Assembly: GCA_026128965.1 (NCBI GenBank)
Contig: JAHCIY010000002.1
Location: forward strand, 1,744,468 to 1,808,467
Length of the DNA stretch: 64,000 bases
Direction: 5' to 3'
DNA from: Labilithrix sp.
GTDB lineage: Bacteria > Myxococcota_A > Polyangia > Polyangiales > Polyangiaceae
A program made the translations under genes and the position numbers. Positions 63,225-64,000 of the stretch are shown one piece after another. Position 1 is the first letter of the stretch, and every line of letters starts with the position of its first letter. The notes under the pieces are model-generated. The model did no database searches. It was not told the DNA's origin and saw nothing but the letters and a program-made list of their open reading frames with translations.

Positions 63225-64000
63225 TCGCTCTTCTCCGTGGTCGTCGCGCGCAGCGAAGCGAGCTTCACCTTCGTCCCCGTCGATCCGAGCGCCGTCTGCG
63301 GCTCCGCTTCGCGATCGCAGTGGAGCGGCGACGACCAGCGCGCGGTCGTGAAGAGGACGTGCTCGCGCCCCGCGCTCCCGTCCGCGCGCACGGTGGGCAC
63401 CGCGCCGTGGACCCAGACGTCACGCGCCGTCGCCTGCACCTCGAGGAGGCGCACCGACGTCGGCACCGGCTCGACGAATCGCAGCGGCGGCAGCGCGATC
63501 GGCGCGGGCTCCCACGCGCCGCCGGCGTCGCGGCGGTGGAGCTCCTGGAAGCCGGCGACGGTCCAGAGCGCTCCGTCCGCGGCGCGCGCGAGCGACACGA
63601 TCGATCGCTCGAACGGGACCGCGACCGGCGTCGCCGTGGTCCCCGCGACGCGCACGAGATAAGCATGCTCGCGCCCCGTCTCCTGGAAGGGCCGGTACGC
63701 GTGGACCCACGCTTCGTCGGGCGAGACGACGACGATGCCGGCGTTGACGATCGCGTCCGGTCCCTCGAAGAGCGCGGACGACGGCGCGTCGACGCGCTGC
63801 CATCGATGCGCGCGCGCGTCATAGCGGGCGAGGAGGAGCGGGCCCTTGGGGCGGTGGAGCTCGTCCTCGCATCGACCCGCGACGAAGGTCGTGCCGTCGC
63901 TCGCGCGCTCCGACGCGAGGAGCGAGAACGCGTGTCCGTCGCGCTCGCAGAAGAGCGTCGCGACCGGCAGCGCGACGTGCGGTCCGCGCAGGAACGCGTC
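63221..64000 (-). CDS. Hypothetical protein, 5'-partial (continues beyond window edge)
   Basis: The reading frame is open from the window edge to the TGA at 63221-63223, with high GC3 and natural composition. The ORF track shows only the part after the first GTG (63655). Confidence 0.42.
   Translation of the reverse strand, partial: DAFLRGPHVALPVATLFCERDGHAFSLLASERASDGTTFVAGRCEDELHRPKGPLLLARYDARAHRWQRVDAPSSALFEGPDAIVNAGIVVVSPDEAWVHAYRPFQETGREHAYLVRVAGTTATPVAVPFERSIVSLARAADGALWTVAGFQELHRRDAGGAWEPAPIALPPLRFVEPVPTSVRLLEVQATARDVWVHGAVPTVRADGSAGREHVLFTTARWSSPLHCDREAEPQTALGSTGTKVKLASLRATTTEKSE

Overview
This 64 kb window is about 72% GC and is densely coding. The gene content (many Ser/Thr kinases, ECF sigma factors, lipoproteins, palindromic intergenic repeats) suggests a myxobacterial-type deltaproteobacterial chromosome; that is inference. 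Because of the GC content, all six frames carry long Arg/Ala/Gly/Pro-rich open frames. I called genes only where the protein looks natural (recognisable motifs, signal peptides, GC3-rich codons) and treated the antisense frames as artefacts. Hand-placed starts were kept only where they agree in frame with the supplied ORF track, but may still be off by a few codons.

Recognisable content, in order along the window:
- a bacterial PARG-like macrodomain protein tail-to-tail with a stand-alone LigD polymerase-domain gene;
- an ECF sigma factor, a VOC protein, and an Hsp20 small heat-shock gene with an anti-SD hairpin in its leader, followed by two tiny hydrophilic ORFs;
- a Uma2-family endonuclease pseudogene with two frameshifts, and a large STAND-type Ser/Thr kinase;
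- a minus-strand operon of ABC ATPase, ABC-2 permease, membrane Ser/Thr kinase, Smr-less MutS-domain ATPase and a small membrane protein;
- gamma-glutamyltransferase and a lambda-R-type lysozyme lipoprotein;
- MtfA, a GFA protein, an ATP-grasp protein, TerC and a tandem cNMP-binding protein;
- a YjbR/MmcQ-family protein with a histone-H1-like Ala/Lys tail that is frameshifted;
- a PQQ sugar dehydrogenase, mini-cytochrome c and membrane protein operon;
- NudC, a CDP-alcohol phosphatidyltransferase, and a CadD / thioredoxin-like lipoprotein / ECF sigma / PDZ cluster;
- a phosphoesterase deletion remnant next to PhoD.

The most notable feature is a tightly coupled five-gene cassette at 47636-57679: MoxR-like AAA+ ATPase, a large YehM/DUF5682-like protein, a VWA protein, a SWIM zinc-finger protein and a 1187-aa WGR + DUF4132 protein. 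A DraG-like ADP-ribosylglycohydrolase lies just downstream. This looks like an uncharacterised NTPase-driven system and is the best candidate for the undescribed system.

Non-coding structure:
- a 5-unit, ~103-bp tandem array at 34326-34850 in which each unit carries two CAACC-N2-GGTTG palindromes;
- a recurring palindromic REP-like element (GTCGGGGGCTNCGCCCCCGACACCCCC) at 19.6 kb and in a composite nest at 37.9-38.4 kb;
- a 24-bp tandem array at 19.7-20.1 kb.

No rRNA, tRNA or CRISPR was detected.
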